Of a DNA stretch of 64,000 nucleotides, positions 30,070 through 45,244 are shown in pieces. The position numbers and the translations under genes were made by a program. Source of the DNA: the human T2T-CHM13v2.0 reference genome, Homo sapiens; assembly GCF_009914755.1 (NCBI RefSeq), contig NC_060927.1. One strand, written 5' to 3'. The notes below the pieces were generated by a model, which saw nothing but the letters and a program-made list of their open reading frames with translations, was not told where the DNA came from and did not search any database. The first letter of the stretch is position 1. The number at the start of each line of letters is the position of its first letter.

Positions 30070-30510
30070 GCATTCATCCATTCAGATATTTTTCTGAGTG
30101 CCTACTCTGTGCTGGGCAGATAAACAAAGCCAGACCCAGTCCCTCATCTTAACTAGTTCATGTTCTAGTATGGAAGGAAAATGTTCATCAAGTAATCACA
30201 CTAGAAATATGTGATCACCAATTGAGACAAATGCTAAGAAAATGTTAGTGGTTCTATAATGTTTGTGACAAAGGAAATTAACATAGAGAGCATTAAGAAA
30301 AACTTCACTAAGAAAATGATTGTAACTGAGATCTGAAGGATCAGTAAGGATTAAAAAGGAAATGTTTTCTAGACAGAAAATACAGAATGTACAAAGGTGC
30401 TGTGGTGGCATAGAGCATGGTATTTTCAAGGGATTCGAAGAAGACCTGCCTGTGTGGCTGGAGGGCACAGAGCAAGGCTGAATGCAGCAGAGCAGAAAGT
30501 GGTGGGAGGG
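30070..30510 (-). mobile_element. L2 remnant
   Basis: cattcatccattcagatatttttctgagtgcctactctgtgctgggc is an antisense L2 3' end. Confidence 0.65.
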
Positions 30511-30719
30511 AGGAAGAAAAGGGAAGAGAGTTTGTCCTGCATTTTAGCTCAAGATTTACTGAGGCCACTATGCTTAAGCGTGTCCCTTTACTGACTTAAG
30601 ATTAGGAAAATTCTCATATGGTCCCATTAAGCATGCTCAGTGTCTTGAAGTCTACATGGTATGCAAGACAGTAGCTTTCTGTAAGTCTAATCATCAGTTC
30701 ACACATCGTCAACCATCCA

Positions 30720-30985
30720 CCTGTAACAATAACAGGAGCTAACACTTCTCACTTGCTTTGCATGTACCAGCCATTAAATTAGGAATTCTCTTTTTTAATA
30801 CTTACCTCAACACTAGACACCTGTACTCTTGATGTTCCCATTTTACGAAGGAGAGAACTCAGACATAAAAAAATTAAATAACTTGCCAAACTTCACACAG
30901 CTGGGAAGTTGAAGGGCTAGGGTATGATTCCAGGTAATTTGACTTCAGTACTTGAATTATTAATCACCACACTATACTGGCTTTC
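30720..30985 (-). mobile_element. MIR remnant
   Basis: cccattttacgaaggagagaactcag...aaataacttgccaaacttcacacagct core. Confidence 0.65.
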
Positions 30986-32319
30986 TGATATTTTTACTAT
31001 GGTGAAAATGCATTTCCGTCAGAGGGAATAATTTGTTTGAGAAACTCAAAACTGAGTTTAGAATTTGATGCTAATAAAATACCCAGACTCAATTTCTAAA
31101 TGCCGTACTGTCAACTAAACTCCACTTGCATCCATAGGTGAAAAGGTGAAGCCGTGTTTTGTTCTTTTGCCAGTAAGTGGCAGTGCTGAGTGTAGTACAA
31201 AGAGATAGAGGATAGGGTTTCAATATCACCACTCGTACTTGTCGTCACTGAGTTTCTGCACGGAGATGAAAGGATGAGATTGAAGATGCTAACGAAGTCA
31301 GGAAAAGCCCACTTAACCGACAGTGCTAGAGAATGGAGCTCAAGTAATGCTGATAGTGCTTTTTTTCCGGGTTAAGAAGACATTTCTCCTGGCTCCCCTT
31401 CCTAGAGTATGTCTCACATAGTTATTTTAAGAATTAGAAAACATATGTGAAGTACCTGGTCTGTAGTAAAAAGGGAAACTATTTGTTTTCCTGGGATTAG
31501 ACAGCTAATCAAATACTGCTCTACTAGCCTGCTGTGTATTTTTAATTTTGCTTAATAATTTTAAATTATTAATCATCAATTAAATATGGGATAGCTATAA
31601 TTAGATATTTTATGTGCCTTAGAGTTTTTAATACCTGTGAATAGCTGCACATATAAGTTCCTCTGTCGTCTTTGTTTCTAGTTATAAAACAGGTGCCCTC
31701 AGAGAGCATCCTACAGATTGATAAAGCAAGTGCCACCTGGAGAAACCTAATTCCTTATTCAAGAAATCTTCATATGCCAAGAAATACATAGCAAGTAATA
31801 ACCTAAAACTGATCAAAATAAATATTTAGTGACTGTTTCTTCAATGATGACACTGTACCCACACACACAGAAACTAACATTGTTGGTGCTGGAAAGGACA
31901 AATCACCAGCTTTGAAAATGTATCATGAACTTAGGGATTTGGGCAGTGGGAGAGGAACAGCCTTCCAGAATTTGATCAGCTGTCTATAGCATTTCCAAAT
32001 GAATCCTACTTTATGATGGCCCTTGAGAAGGCATCCCTCATCACCACTCTTTCCAAATCAGAGTTAAAGCCCAGAGTCACAATAGGGCTTCCTTTGGGGG
32101 TTTGGTTCAAAATTTAAATATCACCTGTCTCTGCCACTCTGGTTAATGTGGCCTTCTTCAGTGACTGCCTCTCTCAATGCCCTGTGGATTTCCTTCACCT
32201 TTCTCCTGATCGCATCTATAATTTTATCTATAAGTCTACCTTTTGCTTTGTCAGTCCCACTAGAAACTCCACCAGTGCTTCACACACAGTGTTAGATACA
32301 TTTTTTAGATAATCAGGCT

Positions 32320-32742
32320 AGTCCAAATGACCATCAGTTAGTGAGTGGATAAAGAACTGTGGTATACATATATATGATGGAATACCACTCAACCATAAAA
32401 AGAGAATGAGTTAGTGGCATTCGCAGCAACCTGGATGAGATTGGAGACGATTATTCTAAGTGAAGTCACTCAGGAATGGAAAACCAAACATCGTATATTT
32501 TCACTCATAAGTGGGAGCTAAGCTATGAGGATGCAAAGGCATAAGAATGATACAATGGACTTTTGGGACGCGGCGGGGAAAGGTGGGAAGAGGATGAGGG
32601 ATAAAAGGCTACAAATTGGGTTCAGCGTATACTGCTTGGGTCATGGGTGCACCGAAATCTGACAGATCACCAGTAAAGAACTTACTCATGTAACCAAATA
32701 CCCCCTGTTCCCCCAAATCCTATGGAAATAAAAAATTAAAAA
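32320..32742 (+). mobile_element. L1PB-like 3' end
   Basis: gtgggagctaagctatgaggatgcaaaggcataagaatgatacaatggac...gaacttactcatgtaacc...aataaaaaattaaaa. Confidence 0.88.
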
Positions 32743-34749
32743 TTCAGGAGATGCAATAGTAGCAGAGCACAACGAAATAACAGAATTAAGGACACATTCG
32801 CCATATGTCTCTTTTATATTGAGAACACAGCAATATTAATGACCAGATGATGACCTTCAACCTAAACTGGAAGTTGTGTGACAAAGTCCATGTTGGTTTG
32901 GAAGCTAAAGGTGGAAAGTGAGATTAAATACTATAGGGCATGGAATGGTAGTGACCTGCAACTTGGAGCTGATGTAAGGACTTGATAAGTCAAAGCTCAC
33001 TAGGATGCAATACTAGAAAAAATGGTCTGGGTGTATCACATGGATTAAGTGAGATTAAAAGTAGTTTTTTTATTAGATCTCAAAAAAAATATACCAGGCT
33101 AATAAGTCATTCCATGTAAAAGCGAGGGTGGCAAAGAGAAGCTGGTAAGAAAGGCAACCTTGAAAGTCTTCACACTTTAGAGCTAAACATGCAAAATATA
33201 TTCAGAGACAAGATGAATGTGCTTTCCTTTTGGAAGTGATATTGATCTGGGGAGAGGGGGAGGGTGATCTTCCAAAGACTTTATTTCTTTTGTTATCAAG
33301 TGATTGGTGTGAGTGCACCCTTTTGATCAGAGGTATGTAGACATGCTTGAGTAACAGCTCTCTCTCTCCTCTTATTGAACTGCTTTTTGTGATTGATTTT
33401 TAAAATAAACGAATTGTTTGCTTCAGCTAATCAGGGACTAGTTAGTGTATCCTGAAAAAGGAAGTTTATATAAGTGCTCTTTATTACCTTTACTGAGTGA
33501 GTGGGCTTTTTTGTTTTTGTTTTTGTTTTTGTTTTTTAAATTTTCAGTTAGTTGCCCCATTGACAGACAATAGAGATAACAGTGAGTCCATGGAATACCT
33601 CATGGTGGAAAATGCACAGCCGATTAGAAAAATGTTCTACTTGAGCGTACCAAACTAATCCCAAACAGTGAATTCTGATCCCCTTTCTGTCTCAGATTTT
33701 CTCTATGATCACGTCTTACGATAATAAGAAGCAAAGTCTCTAATGGAAGTTCATCAGTGGCAACAACTGTGGCTAACCTGACAACCCAGCACCTAGTACA
33801 GTGCTCACAGGCAGCTGGTGTTCAATAAAAGCTTCTTACATAGCTCACCTTCTCAGTATTTTTGTGTTTTTTTCCTTTAAGTGGTTAGAAGGCAGAATTT
33901 AAAATATTGTCACATAGCAGTGGGCGTGTAAGGTCATCTGCTGTTTGCCAACCAAATGGTGAGGCTAGAAAACATTTGCATATAAATGTTACATTTGGTT
34001 GAGGCTTTTAAATTACAGAAATGTAGGTAAAATGGTCAGAGTGGCAGTTAGAGATGAACAAATGTTTTACATCTGTGGAGCCTTCATATTTATTGCTTTG
34101 AGTGTCATTGCCATTTCCTGCTGGAAATTAAACATCACAAATGTATCCTTCATTTGACCAGGTGGCCTCGATGCTTCTGAAATGAATGGCGAATCCGGTA
34201 ATATAAATTGTAATCACATCACAAGCATCTTCCTCTTAACCTTGGTAATGATGTGAAATAGTGCATTTTAAGCTTGTTTTGAAGGTTAAGCAGGAAATCT
34301 TATCTTGGATAATTAATATTTCAACAAAAATCAATGTGGCTACAGTTAGCAGGTAGGTAATCTGACTAATTGGCTCAATATTAAATTTGTTAACAACAAA
34401 TTGTCTTTCAGCTGAAATTGTATTGGTAGAAACAAGGAAATTGGTGAAGTATTTACTAGATTTGTAGCACAGTCTTGTTCAGCTTGCTGTAGAGAGCTTG
34501 TGATTTAAACATGGTGGACCAATGGGAGCTCATTCTCCAGCCACCTCCACAGCAGTCCTGATGACTTCCCCTATCTACTTTATAATGGCACTTAGGCTGA
34601 GGCAGGAACATTTCCTCAGGAAATTGTCACCGTGTCCACAGAAAGTGGGTTGGTCCTCTGTGTCTACTGCTTCACTTTCTCCTTAATAATCCAAGCCAGC
34701 ACTTTATGCCTTGAAAAAAATAACTAATAGTTAAGTTGTCTATATCATT

Positions 34750-34975
34750 TTCCTTTTTAGAAAGTACTTTCAAATCTGTTTTATCTTTTAGTCTTTACAA
34801 AGGCCTGTGAGGTATGATTTATCATCATCACCATCCCCATCTTACACATGTAGAATGTGAAGCTCAGAAATAGGAAGTGACTTCCTCAAGTTCGTGATCC
34901 CATTAAGGGACAGATCCGAGGATCAAAACCCAGACTTTTGACTTCAAGTCTTGAAGTCTTTTCATTGTACCATAT
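34750..34975 (-). mobile_element. MIR remnant
   Basis: ccccatcttacacatgtagaatgtgaagctcagaaataggaagtgacttcctcaag. Confidence 0.6.
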
Positions 34976-35163
34976 CTTCATTTAAAATGGGGTCCACCCT
35001 GAAGCCAAAGAAACACATCCTTACTAGTAGGTATCTGACATTTGTCTTATTTTGTGAAAAAGATATTTTGGGAGCACACCTTCAAATGCTGGTTCCCAAA
35101 ACTTACCTATACTGAAATTTCCACCAGTCTACGCAAATATGCACTACATTATTAAAATAAGGT

Positions 35164-35493
<330 letters not shown>

Positions 35494-35940
35494 TTAAAGG
35501 ACAGTTTTTCTGTTGATACTATCTTTCTGTAATTTTTCACGTTGAAAAGTTCTGTCTTTTATGTATTGATGATGGTAGAAAATTGTGGTGGTACTGGTGG
35601 TAACTTTTAGTATCCATAGTTAGAAACACCTATGTTGGTTTCACACACATCTCATATTTCCCCTTAAAATTCTATTGCTCCATTAAATCCAACACTCTGT
35701 AAACCAGGATTTTAAAAAACAACATACAGATGATAGAATGGGTGGCAAGTAAAAATGCTTCTTGCCTGCAGCACAGGCCCTTAGAAATCATCAGCGGAGC
35801 CAAGGGTCTACAACAAGCAGATCAAAAATAGCAGCAAGACAGGCTAACTATCTTCAGGAATCAATGCCAGCCTCTTATGGCATTCCCTAGAGGCCATCTC
35901 TTGGGCCTTGGCACCTGTGCTAGTTTCATGGTTAGATTAG

Positions 35941-36306
<366 letters not shown>

Positions 36307-37799
36307 CTCTTCCATCTCTTTCTATTTAGCTTTGGAGGAAAATGTTAGAGATTTAAAACCATTTGCTATAAGGCAGTATTGCCTTTTGCACACACAAACC
36401 TTCCCTGGTGGGGGAGGGCCAAGGGCCCTCAGCTTCCTTCATCCCAAGAGAGGAAGTGCATTGTTATAAAATCCCTCATCAGTCTGGCTCTACCAAAGAA
36501 AAGGTATCATAAAAGCTTCAGATCTCTGCAAAATAGTGTCTCTTTTTCTACAGATCTTTCTTGCCTGGCTTCTACACATGCATCACTGCACTGACCCGTA
36601 AGGATTAAGGAAAGTAAACAAACAGAAACTATCCAGGGCTAGAGATAATCAGTGGACCAGGCTGAGCAAAGGAATGTAAATCTAAGTGTCATGTGGCTAA
36701 GAACTGCTGTTTGAAAAGCTGACGCAGTGGGAATAGCAAGAGTTGACAGGCAATGCTTAGTGTATGGTGAGATGCTCAGTGTGAGACCAGTTACCATTTG
36801 AGGCATAGCTCAGGGGCTCTGCTACCAAGCATGGCAGATAACTCCCAGAAACACACACAATGCATACCCAGGTGATAGTAACAATGTGTTTTACTGTGTT
36901 TTCCTCATTTTTTGGTTTGCTTTTCTATTAAAAATTCAGAGAGGGGTGCATATGTGCTTGAAAAATACTGTTTCCCCTTCACTGGTAGTGTCTAGCATCC
37001 CTGAGTGGTCTGAAATGGAAAGAGCAACATGGAGCCTCATGCATCTTCAGAGAGATTTGTTTCCAAAGTCAGCACTTAAAGCAAAATGACTGTCATTAAA
37101 GTTACCCTCAGAATTCTCTTAAGTTGGAAGTATACATACCCATGGGAGATAGGCATGCCACCTCTCCCCCGAGGATGGAACAGACAAGTAATTGTTTCTT
37201 TGGTTGAAAAGCAGGTGAAGAATTAACTTAAGTTTAGAGCCACATTGCATGAGAAGTGGGTATCTTTAAATACTCTACAACATGGGAAGGTACTCTCTCT
37301 ATGTGAAGCCAGTGAAAATTGAAACTGAAAAATAAAAGAGATTTGGGTCCCTCATCTCTAATGCAGTGTTGGAAACTGATCAAGCAAGCCACATGGTGGG
37401 CAGAATTACCCACACTATTTACATGGCTACCTCTTCTCTCTCACACATATCACTCCAATATGTGACCTCTGGCAAATCATTCTACCTCTCTGAGTCTCAG
37501 TTTCATTCTCTGTATAATGGGGATGATGTGAGTATCAATGGCCATTTTAAGGACCAATTGAGACAAAGTATGTTGACATATTTTCTTCCAATTATGTAAA
37601 TGTCTTATATAAAATAAGGCATGCTTTATTGAAAGAAGATAATAGAAAAAGATCTAAAGAAAAAAATCTGAAAGGAGTAAAAATAAATAAGGAAGATCTT
37701 GTACTTTAGTGGAAGAGAAAGACATACAGTATTAATTCCAGGATATTATGTGGTAAATGAAAAGACAGCAGTGTGCACAGTATGTAATGAAAACATGGA

Positions 37800-39250
37800 G
37801 AAGCAATATGTAATCCGTCCTGGGGTACACAGTAGGCTCCCCAAGAGAGACAGTGACTGAGCAGAGTCTTGACAGATGGTTGATAGTTAAAGAGGCCAAG
37901 AGAGCTGGCAGGGTGTTTCATGCGACAAGAACAGCAAAGCCTGAATCTTCATGGATATGCACGGGACATGGAAACATTCCATGTTTCAAGGTTGTCAAAT
38001 ATGAACTGGAGAGTGGGAGGCTACAAGGGGAGAGAGAGAGAGCTAAGGCGGGGAGATGATGGAGGACCTTGTTTGACATGGTAATGAGCTTTAGCTAATC
38101 TTTTGGTGGCTGACGATCTCAAAGGGTTTTAAGCCAGCAGAGTGGTATAACCAGGTTTGCATTTTAGAACTTGATTACTGTGGCTTCATTTTGGAATGGG
38201 CATTTAAGGCACTAGGATACCAGCATCTGGAAAAACAGGAAGGCTTTCCAATATCGCAGGCAGGAAATAATAAGAGTCTATCCTAAGACAAAGGCAGTGA
38301 AAGTAGAGGAGGCATATTTGAAAAATACTTTTGTGGTGAAATCGTCAAGGTTCGTTGGATGGTTTGGGTGAAGGTAGGGACGGAGACTGAGAGTAAAGAG
38401 TACAGAAAGAAAGAAAAAAAAGATCATAGAATGACTTTAAAGTCTAATGTCTTGGATGGTGGGGTATCATTGACTAACTTTGGAATCAGGTTAGGGTTGG
38501 AGATTAAGAGGTGGCAAATTTACTTTAAGACATACCAAGTTGTGTGATTTATCACACAAACCTGGATTCTTATGAGTGTGAAAAGTGCCACTGTCAATAA
38601 TTTTGCCAGGACAATAAATGTAAACCTCAATTATTTCAGGAAAACTAGAATGTAAAGTCACCTTATCTGTAGGATACTCAGCAGTTGAATATATGAGAAA
38701 TACTACATCGATAGGGCTGAAGGTTTACAGTAAATAGACATGAACATAAAGATTAGATTTTAAATCATGAGAATGTATAAGATCATCCAAAAAAGAGAGA
38801 AAAGCAAAGGCACCTTGGTGAAAACTAGTGTTTGAAGGGTAGGTGAAGTTGAAAGAGCCCTCAAAAGAGACTAAGAGGGAGGAAGAGAAGAGATAGGAAT
38901 CAGGAGAGGATAGAGAGCAGATATTTTCAGGAAGCAGTTGAAAATGTCCAGTACAACAGAGAAATCAGATAAGATAAGGATTGAAAAATGCCCACTGGAT
39001 CTGGCAACATGGAATTGACTTTTGCCAGAGCGGTTTCATGGGAGATCTGAGGCCAGTATCCAGATAGTGGGGTTGTAGAGTAATAAGCTTTAGTTAATCT
39101 TTTGGTGGGGGGGGTTGCAGAGTAAATGGGAAGTCAAGAAGTAGAGAAAGCAAGGGTATACCTGAAGAAGGAAAGAGAAAGAGAAGTGCACAGCTGAAGG
39201 GAGTGTAGAGTCAAAGAAGTGTTGCTTTATATATTTTTTCAGGTTGACAA
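37800..39250 (-). mobile_element. Long degenerate L2 remnant containing a MER94-like insert (about 38540-38665)
   Basis: Purine-rich plus strand with antisense L2 motifs (agggttttaagccagcagagtg...tttgcattttag; gataaggattgaaaaatgcccactggatctggcaacatgg). Confidence 0.6.
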
Positions 39251-39741
39251 AATTTTTGTATATTTTAATAGGCTGAAAGAGAAAGTTTAAAGACACAAGG
39301 TTTATTAATAAGTTGGTAGTAGTACTGACTTGTTAGATATAAAGTTTGTACAAGTTTTATTCAATGATATATTAACTTATTTAAGTTTTGTTTTACATTT
39401 TGCTCTGATAAGTAGTGGGTAGGGAAGGGAATCCAACATTCTTATGGGGTACTTTCCATAACACACTGATTGCAGCATGGAGAACACTTGGCAACTGGAG
39501 GACGACCTCAGAAAAGTAATGCATGTAGGATTCTAGAGGAAGATGAGACTAGGTGTTTGGTTGGGTTCCTGCTCCTGAATTTGTGCAGTAAGGCCGAAAT
39601 TCCTTACTGTAGACAGATTTCCTTGTCTATGGATGGCAACTATGTCACCTTTTCTAAACACCCTGTGGGCATTACAGGCTTAGGGGGTTACCAAACTCTG
39701 GCACTGAGTAATAATGAAGCCTTCATCTCAATGTAGTAGAC

Positions 39742-40045
39742 TTTTTTTTTTTTTTTTTTTTTTTGAGACGGAGTCTCCCTCTGTCTCCCAGGCTGGAGTA
39801 CAGTGGCATGATCTGGCTCACTGTAAACTCCGCCTCCCAGGTTCAAGCAATTCACCTGCCTCAGTCTCCCAAGTAACTGGAATTATAGGCACCCGCCACC
39901 ACATCTGGCTAAGTTTTATATTTTTAGTACAGACAGGATTTCACCCTGTTGGCCAGGCTGGTCTCGAACTTTGGAACTCAAGTGATCCACTTGCCTCAAC
40001 CTCCCAAAGTGCTGGCATTACAGGCATAAGCCACCATGCCCAGCC
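39742..40045 (-). mobile_element. AluS-like SINE
   Basis: TSD tagtagactttt on both sides. Confidence 0.9.
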
Positions 40046-40080
40046 TCGATTTAGTAGACTTTTGACCAAGACAAATATTA

Positions 40081-40314
<234 letters not shown>

Positions 40315-41401
40315 TCATCTGCCAATCTTCTTGCCTTCTGATCAACCTACCTTTCCTACCGCCATTGTTCCTTCTCTCTTCCACGTCACTTTTATGTTAT
40401 GGTATCTCACTTATCTCCTCTACTTTCAAAGTAACCAAACACTTTTCTTTCCTTGTGTGCATCAAAATGAAGGAGAGACCCATTTCCTCTACAAATAATT
40501 GACTGAAAAATAATGGTTGCTCTTCACTCCATTAGCTCCTGTGAACTTTAGAAAACAATTGATAGCTTATGTATTTTCAGTTTTGGAAAACCTTCAAGAA
40601 TAGCTGAACTTTGGAACTGCATACTAGACCTAGCAGGATGGGACAGCAAATAGAATAACACTCCTTCAGGCTAGTGAGTGTCTCTTTGTTTTCATTTGGA
40701 AAGACTGCAGGAGGATGACTGTTACAGCAGTTTTGGAACCATTGTGTAACTGTATCCCACGAGACAACATCATTTGGTTTCAAGATGTTTATTTAATACT
40801 GTTTTCTTATTTGTATTAACCATCAACAACATAAAGCAGATGCACATTGAGGCTGTTTACAAAATAGCCTGTTGTACTTGCAAGATTTCCAGGATTCTTA
40901 TGTCAATTCCCTTTCAACCATAGCCTGAACAGTCCTCTTCTTTGGAAGCACGGACAGCGATTTCAGCTTCGCAAAAGGCTAGTTGTGCTTATAACGTTCA
41001 CCCAGCAGCCTGCTGGTGCTCTTTATTCATCATATGCTCTGTGGGACAGTCATGACTTTCCAGCAGACATAAGTGATGGTTTGCTTTTGCATCTTAAAGG
41101 CATTAATCTTGTATGATCTGATCCATATGCTTTGTACAGTGACTGTAACAATTAAATGTTCACATGGACTCCTTTAGGGAATTGCATTGGCTTATTTCAG
41201 AATTCAAATACTGCTTAGTGTTTTTATTTCCAGCCAGTTCATTCTTATGAATCTGTTTTCAAGCCTCATCTCTTCTCCTCCCGTGTTCTCCCACCATGGC
41301 CCTCTTCCCCATACAAAACTCCTCTGTACATAGAGTTCCTATGGAAACATACCATGTCTGACCACCCTCTAGGAAGTTGTTGCCCATCATTTAATCTCTC
41401 T

Positions 41402-41706
<305 letters not shown>

Positions 41707-42039
41707 CATTTAATTTCTGTAATATAATGTTTTAAAACTTTGCAACAGAGCAGTTATTATCACTCTTTGATTATCTATTTTTTGTCTTTTTTACTAAGCT
41801 ATTGTCTGTCTTCTTCACTACAATATGAGCTCCATGAGGGCGGGAACCTTTTATAATATATTCGGTGCTATAATACCAACACCTAGCATTGGACCTGACC
41901 CATATATGCAGTTAACATATATTTGTTGATTGAAGTATTGCTCTTCAGCCCGAACTGACCCCTTCTTCCTTTGCGCTTTGCATTTTATACATACTTATGT
42001 CATAGCATATTTATTGCATGTGTCAACCTTAATAACCGG

Positions 42040-42530
42040 ATTCAAGTGAAATGATTATTGAACTTATTTGAACACAAAGTTTGAGGATGGCCACCCAGAA
42101 GGACACAGACTCTAAAAGAGTGGAGTCATGGCTCCAAAGTGGGGAGATTTGAGGGCCCCTCTTATATTGGCAAGGTCTGGGGAAGATGAGCAGGATTACA
42201 TCATTTTCCATACAGGATTGGTGAATAGTTAACAGCAATTTGATTGGTTATAAGTGTTTCTTTTTTTTTTTTTGGAAAGAATATAAGTGTTTCTTTTTTT
42301 TTTCTTTTTGGAAAGAATATTTAGGTATATTTAATATTCCACATGAAGGATGTAATAGTCAAAGGGTCTGTTGTCTCAGTCAAGGGGTCCTCTATCTCAG
42401 GGCCATCTCCTCTGAGCCAGGAATAAGGAAATAAGGTAGGAAATTAATCTATAACAGAAAGTCAGTAATTAAGAGGTCAAGCTCTGTGACTTGATCTCCA
42501 AAGTCAACATTCCTCAGGGCCTAATAGATA
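42040..42530. mobile_element. Probable old LTR remnant (family not assigned)
   Basis: gaacacaaagtttgaggatggccaccc...acagactc resembles an antisense ERV1-type LTR; recalled similarity only. Confidence 0.35.
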
Positions 42531-42947
42531 GACTATCCATTTTCTTTTACACGTGAATTTGTGTGACATGCCCTCTACTCTTGGTAGAATTGGTAGACTG
42601 TAAACTTCTTGAGGAAAGGGACTGTGTCTTCCTCCTCTTTGGTTCCCTGGGTCCCAGCACAGAGCTTGTTATTAAGTCAATGATCAATAAATATTTGTTG
42701 ATTACCTATAGGTTCCTCTTGATTAAATTTAACTGCACTAAATTTTATGTAATAAGTTTTTGCTGAGCCCGTAGAGTACAAAGTCCTCAGTTACAAATGT
42801 GGGCTAAATGGAAACAGACATACCCCCTTCATTCAAACATCTTATGTATCTTAGGTATACGATGCAGAGACTATGTGTGAGGGTGGGTATGCATATAAAA
42901 TACATTGAAAATCCCTAATTTGTATTCCAGGAGAGACACCATGCATC

Positions 42948-42950
<3 letters not shown>

Positions 42951-42978
<28 letters not shown>

Positions 42979-43127
42979 AAGACAGACTCTCACTTTATTG
43001 CCCAGGCTGGAGCGCAGTGGCTCGATCTTGGTTCACTGCAACCTCTGCCTCCCAGGTTCAGGCAATTCTCCTGCCTTAGCCTCCCAAGCAGCAGGGATTC
43101 TAGGCGCCCACCACCACGCCCAGCTAA
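42951..43127 (-). mobile_element. 5'-truncated Alu (right arm only)
   Basis: TSD catcttt at 42944-42950 and 43128-43134. Confidence 0.88.
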
Positions 43128-43913
43128 CATCTTTGAATTTAAGGATCCTTTGTGCTTTCAGGAAAATCACATTTGTGTTTTATGGTATTTAAACAGAAAT
43201 TAGTATAACCCATGATTAATACCCCTAACATGAGGGAAACTATAAGACTACTCAATATTCCATATCTATCTCAGGTTAATTATGCTTCCCCCACTAAATT
43301 TAGTAAAGAAAGATGGAAAACAATGAGAGTTACTCTTACCCATCTACGGCTCTCCAACTAATACTTCTAAGAGTGTGTTTGTAGGCTCTATCAGGGAATA
43401 TATTTGCTCTTATGTTTTCGACTGAATAAAGATTTGCTTTAGCTAATGTACCTGGCATGGATTACCCATCCAACATCAGGTCAAGTGACCTTACCCTCTC
43501 TGGTAGCAGCAAAGGACAAAAGACCAATCAAGGCACCAGATCCTCCAGTTACTATAAACTGAGTCACCTTAAAAGTAGCCAGGAGAGTAGGCTTTGCTGT
43601 TCTGCCACACAGCATGTAACAAGAAAAATGGAGTCATGAATTCTTGGTTTATTTGGGAGGTATCTCACGCAAGATACCCTCAAGTGGCCAGTTCTAATGT
43701 ATGTCCTTTTACCTAGGACACAAATTCTTTCCAATATGGCCAGCATATTTCTCCAAACATGCATAACCAAATAATTGTATCCTTTTCTCTGTGAAAGTTT
43801 TTAAAAGATATATTTCTCTTTTATTGACTTAACCTATTACTATGTCTTTGTATTATAATCCAATAGTTTTGTTTCTCAGTAGACAGTACCTTCCTAAATT
43901 TTAAGAAATAACT

Positions 43914-44196
43914 GCTGGGTGCGGTGGCTCATGCCTGTAATGCCAGCACTTTGGGAGGCCGAGGTGGGCGGATCATGAGGTCAGGAGATCGAGGCCATCC
44001 TGGCTAACACGGTGAAACCCCGTCTCTACTAAAAATACAAAAAATTAGCCGGGCGTGGTGGCGGGCGCCTGTAGTCCCAGCTACTCAGGAGGCTGAGGCA
44101 GGAGAATGGCGGGAACCCAGGAAGCGGAGCTTGTGGTGAGCCGAGATCGCGCCACTGCACTCCAGCCTGGGCGACAGAGCGAGACTCCGTCTCAAA

Positions 44197-44235
<39 letters not shown>

Positions 44236-44239
44236 AATA
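43914..44239 (+). mobile_element. AluY SINE with (TAAA)n tail
   Basis: TSD aagaaataactg at 43903-43914 and 44240-44251. Confidence 0.93.
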
Positions 44240-44284
44240 AAGAAATAACTGTCCCAGAAATATTTTGTGTTATCCATGTATGTA

Positions 44285-44340
44285 TAAGAGAAAACCATGA
44301 TACAATTGTTTTTAAGAGAAAACCATGATACAATTGTTTT
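44285..44340 (+). repeat. Perfect 28-bp tandem duplication
   Basis: taagagaaaaccatgatacaattgtttt x2. Confidence 0.95.
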
Positions 44341-45244
44341 AAAGATCTTGAGGTAAATTACAGAATAGTATTCCTGTAGGCCAAAAAATTAAATTATGTT
44401 CTCAAAACATGAGCCACTCATGATTTTTTAAAAGCAAGTTCTCACCAGAAAATCACCTAAGCTCTAAGACCCAAAGCCACTCAAATTTCACTACTGTTTT
44501 TCTCTGTTTACAGCATATAGAACTCTTTAAAATTCCTATTGCTCTCACTCATATTCATTATAAAAATTTTAATTTACTCTAACCATGACTACATTCAGTA
44601 AGTGCTGTTTCAGACAGGAAATGGAACTATTATAGTGATGAACTCCTTTCTCCTAGTTATTAAAGGAATCTGTTCTTATCATACTGATTCCATCCAACTT
44701 ATTATAATGCATGAAATAACCAATTCAGTGGGTTCAGCATAATGGGGGAGAGAGGGGAAGAAAACAACACACATAATAATAGCTGACTTTTAATGAGAAT
44801 TCTTTAGGGCTTTCACCAAGCAGATCCAAAATAATTTATCTTATGATAATATCAAAAGCAAATTACTCACAAGATTATACTGTTAAGGACTGTCACAATA
44901 TTCCCAGGGCTGTAATGCTGTCTCTTACAGTTTTAGAACCAACTTTATAACTTTTGCTATTAGTTGCTAAGAAACAAATTATAATTGCAGCTCAGACTCT
45001 TTACTGTGTTAGCCTCTTAATGCCCCATAGTAGCATTTATTTCCTTCAGATGATGAAATGATCAACAAAGTAATTGTTTTATATATAGCTGACAATGAAA
45101 GCATTTTCAGGAAGCAAGCCACGTTTTTATGATTTTTATCTGGTGGGGGGAGGGTAGTTAGAGCAATGATTTTAATAACATCACGATGTTGAAATGGCTT
45201 GAATCTTAGACCAATATTTAATGGCTTCCTTTTCAGGTTGTGGT

